DNA from: a virus
Lineage: Duplodnaviria > Caudoviricetes
Length of the DNA stretch: 64,000 nucleotides
Reading direction: 5' to 3' (one strand)
IMG/VR virus record: IMGVR_UViG_3300038673_000510
Coordinates: 1 to 64,000 of that record
A program made the translations under genes and the position numbers. Position 1 is the stretch's first letter, and the number at the start of each line of letters is the position of its first letter. Below are positions 60,078 to 64,000 of this stretch, in pieces. The notes below the pieces were generated by a model. That model was given only the letters and a program-made list of their open reading frames with translations. It had not been told where the DNA came from and did not search any database.

Positions 60078-63056
60078 TTAATCATCCCTCCACGATCCTA
60101 TTATACTGTTTATATCAAGTCCTTCCATTGTACATCCCATTGCATCTCCAAGTTCAATCAATTCTTTAGTTTCGTCATCAATTTCAAAGTCATTAGCTTC
60201 CCAATATTTAATTGTCTTACTTTTTGTTTGTTGTTCTTCAAGATCATTCATAGATTGAACAACATCACCAAAAAGTAAATGAGAAGTTACCATTTTATCT
60301 GTTGCCGCCCAACCAATATTATTAAGAAAGCAATATTGAACTAATGTCATTACTAAGTCATCATGACCAGCAAGCGCTTCAAGTTTACCAGATTTTGAAT
60401 AGCCAAATCCACGAAGTTCATTTATCATACGAACGCTTCTTATTTTAACTTCTTCTTTAACAATCATAGTTTGCATAATAGCAATTCCATTCGCTCTATT
60501 TGTTGTACTCATAGGGAAACCGGGCGTTAATTCTTTTTTAGATTTCCTGTGCCAATATAAACCTTGATACATAGTTGTTGATGCAAAATATTCAGTTACT
60601 GGACCACCAAGACCAGTACTTTCTATAGATAACTTTGCCGTATTATAATAATTACAAATCAATTCTATGATTTGTTTAAATTTTTCTGTATCAACTTTCC
60701 CCCAATACTCGGCCACTTGTGTGCTTGTTTCTGGGTCAAATACAACTGCAGTACTAAAGTCATTTGCACGTCCAGTAGCAACGTCACAATTATGTGTCGG
60801 TATATAATTACAACAATATGTATGATCTTCTGTTTCAAAGTTATAAACTGTTCCAGTATATTGTTGTTTTGTAACTTCGCTAATTTTTAAATATATAAAT
60901 TTATTATCATCAGACAAATGACAGCATCCAATAGATTTACGAATTTTAGGATTAGGTTTAATAGTAATATCTATGTTTAATAAATTCATAAATTTAATAT
61001 TTTCATGAGTTTCTATATTTAGACAATATGTTTCCTTCTGATTTACTATTCTATCTCTGATTGTAACTTGTGAATCCGCCTTACGTAATAATTTTAAATT
61101 AGAGACAACTCCTAATGAAAATAAAATATCTTGTATATCTTGTAATAATTTTAAACTAATTGAAACAAAAGATGAACGAAAATACTTCTTTTTCGCATCT
61201 TTATCATAGTTATTCATTATTGACCCATCACCCAACAAATAACCCTTTACTAATTGAACTTTGTATTTATTAGGAAGAAACTTTACCCACTCTGGAATTT
61301 GTTTGTTGCCAGCCCCCTTACCAAACGTTGAAATTAAAAAATCTGTAAATTGTCTTGACGACCAATGAATTTGCATAGTATTTGTTTCGGCATTTTTAGT
61401 TGAATAAACCTTTCTATTATATTTGTTTAACAAGTTATATATTTTGTCTATTAAATATAATTCTGAAGTTAAATTATGTGATGTTGTAATTCGACAATTA
61501 TATTTTGCATGAAATGATGTATGTCCTTCCGCCAACCATAATCCAATATACCACCATATTTCTTCATCTAATATAATATTAGAATTTAAATTAAAATCTT
61601 TTCGTTTAGATTGATATTGTTCAAAATATTTTATCATATCTAATTCTGTTGTTTTTTCATTATTATATATGTTAGGATAACACAGCCAATCTCCTATATT
61701 AAGTTCTTGAATAGGGTAAAATTTAAAATCATGTTTCCATATTCTTGGATTATAATTTAATTTTCCGGGTCTAATTGTTTTACTTTTTGATGCAAAAACA
61801 GGATGTTCTTCTGTAAATGTTGTGGTGTTATATATATTTTCTACTCTCACAGTATAAATATTTTTATCTTTTACTTTATGATTTATTGTTTTTATTATTT
61901 TTGTTTCTTTTCCATCAATAGAATATAAAACGTCGTTTAATGTAATATCCTCAATTTTTTTTAATCCACTTGTTGTTAAAACTTTTTCACCTGTAGGTAA
62001 ACACACAACTACATATTGTTTCCCCGGCGCAGGTTCTTCCCATATCCAAAATCCCTTTATATAATTAAAGCGTTCATCAAAGTCATCTTTCATTTCCAGC
62101 ATTTTATCAAAATCCTTATAATATCCTTCTGCATCAACATCATCTGGATAAAGAAAATCACATCTAATTGGAGATACTGGTGTCATTTTTTCAAGAATAT
62201 AATTTGGTATAAGTGAGTTTTCCAAATCATAAACTTCTACACCTAAAATTTCTATTTTGTATATACGTTCGCCAAGAGTTTCCCTCATAGCTTTATGCCA
62301 TTCAGCATCTTGATATTGTTCAATATCTGATGTATCTACATCAATTAAGTGAAATTTACTTTCTTGTGGATTTTCTTGTACACCATGTAATAGAGTAAGA
62401 TAGTGATTATTAATTGGATTTTGTGGAAGAGTACTAATAATAAATAATTGTGATGGCATAGTTCTGTTTGTAAATGGCGTTCCTTGTCCTACAGCAAGAG
62501 TAGGAATTGCTGATGCCATTAAACCGCTCTGATTGTCCATCGCTGCAAACTCATCAAGTATTAAAAGTGAAATAGATCCACCTCGACCAGCGTCGCTTCC
62601 TCTTGGAATGGCGGTTACTTTACTGTTATTATGTTTAAAACTCATTGTTGTTTTTGCGAATTCATCTGTTTGTTGTTTGAGCCACAATGGAAGATGATCG
62701 TATATAAACTTTACACGACCAAGCAAATCGGTACTTTCTCTTTGGGTTAATGATACTATTACTACATTTTGTGCTTCAAAAAATAAAGCTCTATATAAAG
62801 CATAACATGCTGTTAACGTAGAGAATCCAGTCTGACGAGTTTTCTTTGATATTATTTGTTTTTTTGATATAAATTCTTTTGCGGCTTTTTTCTGCCATCG
62901 ATACATATTATCTGATAATGCAACTGCGCCTTTAGAGGGGTGAGATACTTTTACATAATTTTCACAAAAATATAAAAAGCCGGTTTTACCCTCGACATCA
63001 GTTAATTTTTTTAATTCGATTTTTATTTCGTCGATTGTTAATTGCGATTTGTTCAT
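60078..63056 (-). CDS. terminase large subunit containing an intein
   Basis: KTRQTGFST, LILDEFA, IIST, CDVATG..DFS, HDDLVM. Confidence 0.93.
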   Translation of the reverse strand: MNKSQLTIDEIKIELKKLTDVEGKTGFLYFCENYVKVSHPSKGAVALSDNMYRWQKKAAKEFISKKQIISKKTRQTGFSTLTACYALYRALFFEAQNVVIVSLTQRESTDLLGRVKFIYDHLPLWLKQQTDEFAKTTMSFKHNNSKVTAIPRGSDAGRGGSISLLILDEFAAMDNQSGLMASAIPTLAVGQGTPFTNRTMPSQLFIISTLPQNPINNHYLTLLHGVQENPQESKFHLIDVDTSDIEQYQDAEWHKAMRETLGERIYKIEILGVEVYDLENSLIPNYILEKMTPVSPIRCDFLYPDDVDAEGYYKDFDKMLEMKDDFDERFNYIKGFWIWEEPAPGKQYVVVCLPTGEKVLTTSGLKKIEDITLNDVLYSIDGKETKIIKTINHKVKDKNIYTVRVENIYNTTTFTEEHPVFASKSKTIRPGKLNYNPRIWKHDFKFYPIQELNIGDWLCYPNIYNNEKTTELDMIKYFEQYQSKRKDFNLNSNIILDEEIWWYIGLWLAEGHTSFHAKYNCRITTSHNLTSELYLIDKIYNLLNKYNRKVYSTKNAETNTMQIHWSSRQFTDFLISTFGKGAGNKQIPEWVKFLPNKYKVQLVKGYLLGDGSIMNNYDKDAKKKYFRSSFVSISLKLLQDIQDILFSLGVVSNLKLLRKADSQVTIRDRIVNQKETYCLNIETHENIKFMNLLNIDITIKPNPKIRKSIGCCHLSDDNKFIYLKISEVTKQQYTGTVYNFETEDHTYCCNYIPTHNCDVATGRANDFSTAVVFDPETSTQVAEYWGKVDTEKFKQIIELICNYYNTAKLSIESTGLGGPVTEYFASTTMYQGLYWHRKSKKELTPGFPMSTTNRANGIAIMQTMIVKEEVKIRSVRMINELRGFGYSKSGKLEALAGHDDLVMTLVQYCFLNNIGWAATDKMVTSHLLFGDVVQSMNDLEEQQTKSKTIKYWEANDFEIDDETKELIELGDAMGCTMEGLDINSIIGSWRDD
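60789..62003 (-). mobile_element. intein with LAGLIDADG endonuclease (405 aa)
   Basis: VVV|CLPTGEKV, TEEHP, GLWLAEG, GYLLGDG, VYNFET..THN|CDV. Confidence 0.93.
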
Positions 63057-63161
63057 AATTCCTACCTTTATCTTATTATATTATGTTTATAAAGAAAAAA
63101 GATCGCGCTTTTTCGATCAATACGACAATATAATAAGTAAATACTATTTTGAGGAAAGCGC

Positions 63162-64000
63162 ATGGCAGATACATTAAACGGTAATGATTTTAGAGAATAT
63201 CGAGACCTCTTTGGAAGTCCCATTCAACAGCAAGCAACCGCTTCAGATGGAACAAAAGCAGAAATAGATATTCTACTTAAAAAAATTGATCGTAAGTTAA
63301 AACGTTTTACACAATCTGATAGTGAACTTATTGGTCAACCAGATTATACAATAAGTCCAAGAGAACTAATTCCTATATCTATTTTTAATAATGATGATGA
63401 TTTAAACGCATTAGGCGGTTCTTCGTCTAAAAAACTAATGAATGACCTGGCTAAAATAGAACAGGAAAAAGCATTCAGATTAACTCGTTATAAAAGACTT
63501 CATAAAACTATTGAATCACCTGAAGCAGAAGGTATTCTAATGGTTTATGCTGATGAAGCAACAACAGAAGATCAGCAAGGAAGTATAATTCATATTCTCC
63601 ATCCAGATAAAACAATTAAAGAAACCATTGAAGATTTATTTAGACGTTGTGATCTTGAGGATCGTTGCTGGTCTATGGTTTATAATATGTGTGGTTTTGG
63701 AGATGAGTTCTATGATGTTATTCCAGCTTTGTCAGCTGATAGAATTGCAAAAATAGAATGGATTCCAAGAGATCAAATTGAACGTGTCGAAATAAACAAT
63801 ATTCTTCAGGGCTTTAGAACTGTTGATAAAAATTTAGATAATCAAGAACAAAGCGCTCTTTATACTACTTATAAATATGTAAATACTGATCAAGACACAG
63901 AAGAAAATGATCCAGTTAAAAATGCTGAAGGATTAATACACCCATTTAGAATTTTACATTTTAGAATACCATCCGATAAATATAAACCATATGGAAAGTC
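63162..64000 (+). CDS. portal protein (T4 gp20-like), partial
   Basis: GAGGA RBS; PEAEGILMVYADEAT, NMCGFGDEF, HFRIPSDKYKPYGKS; open to window end. Confidence 0.8.
   Translation, partial: MADTLNGNDFREYRDLFGSPIQQQATASDGTKAEIDILLKKIDRKLKRFTQSDSELIGQPDYTISPRELIPISIFNNDDDLNALGGSSSKKLMNDLAKIEQEKAFRLTRYKRLHKTIESPEAEGILMVYADEATTEDQQGSIIHILHPDKTIKETIEDLFRRCDLEDRCWSMVYNMCGFGDEFYDVIPALSADRIAKIEWIPRDQIERVEINNILQGFRTVDKNLDNQEQSALYTTYKYVNTDQDTEENDPVKNAEGLIHPFRILHFRIPSDKYKPYGK

Noticed and set aside
1408-62216. Numerous short antisense or overlapping ORFs in the track
   Set aside because: They are shadows of real genes or tRNAs, with no RBS or motifs; only 33836-34102 and the terminase are accepted on the minus strand
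1-64000. Genome-wide TAG recoding
   Set aside because: Long conserved genes are intact in code 11 and TAG terminates several genes at sensible positions

Overview
AT-rich segment of a large myovirus-like (T4-distant, jumbo-type) phage genome, read in code 11 and almost entirely on the + strand. It holds replication genes (DnaE-type polymerase, ligase, primase, gp41/DnaB helicase, RNase H), a ~19 kb translation island (about 22 tRNA genes, tmRNA, several unassigned structured RNAs, a TROVE/vWA protein, free-standing HNH and GIY-YIG endonucleases), nucleotide-metabolism and RNA-repair genes, two sigma factors, and the start of a morphogenesis block (baseplate hub-like genes, terminase, portal). 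Most notable observations: (1) the dnaE catalytic motif PDID-T-D is broken by a 49-nt non-coding gap with the architecture of T4 gene 60 translational bypassing (matched GAC take-off and landing codons, stop codon, 13-bp hairpin, SD-like sequence 6 nt before landing); (2) repeated small RNA units flank the TROVE/Ro60-like gene and display tRNA anticodon stem-loop mimics (Lys, Asn); (3) a gp41-1-type split intein helicase has its halves 16.7 kb apart; (4) there is a group I intron in tRNA-Leu(UAA), an amber suppressor tRNA and many non-canonical tRNAs; (5) capsid-targeting-like N-termini occur on a ppGpp hydrolase and other proteins. Several single-base homopolymer frameshifts look like sequencing errors. 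All calls are by eye, with no database searches.
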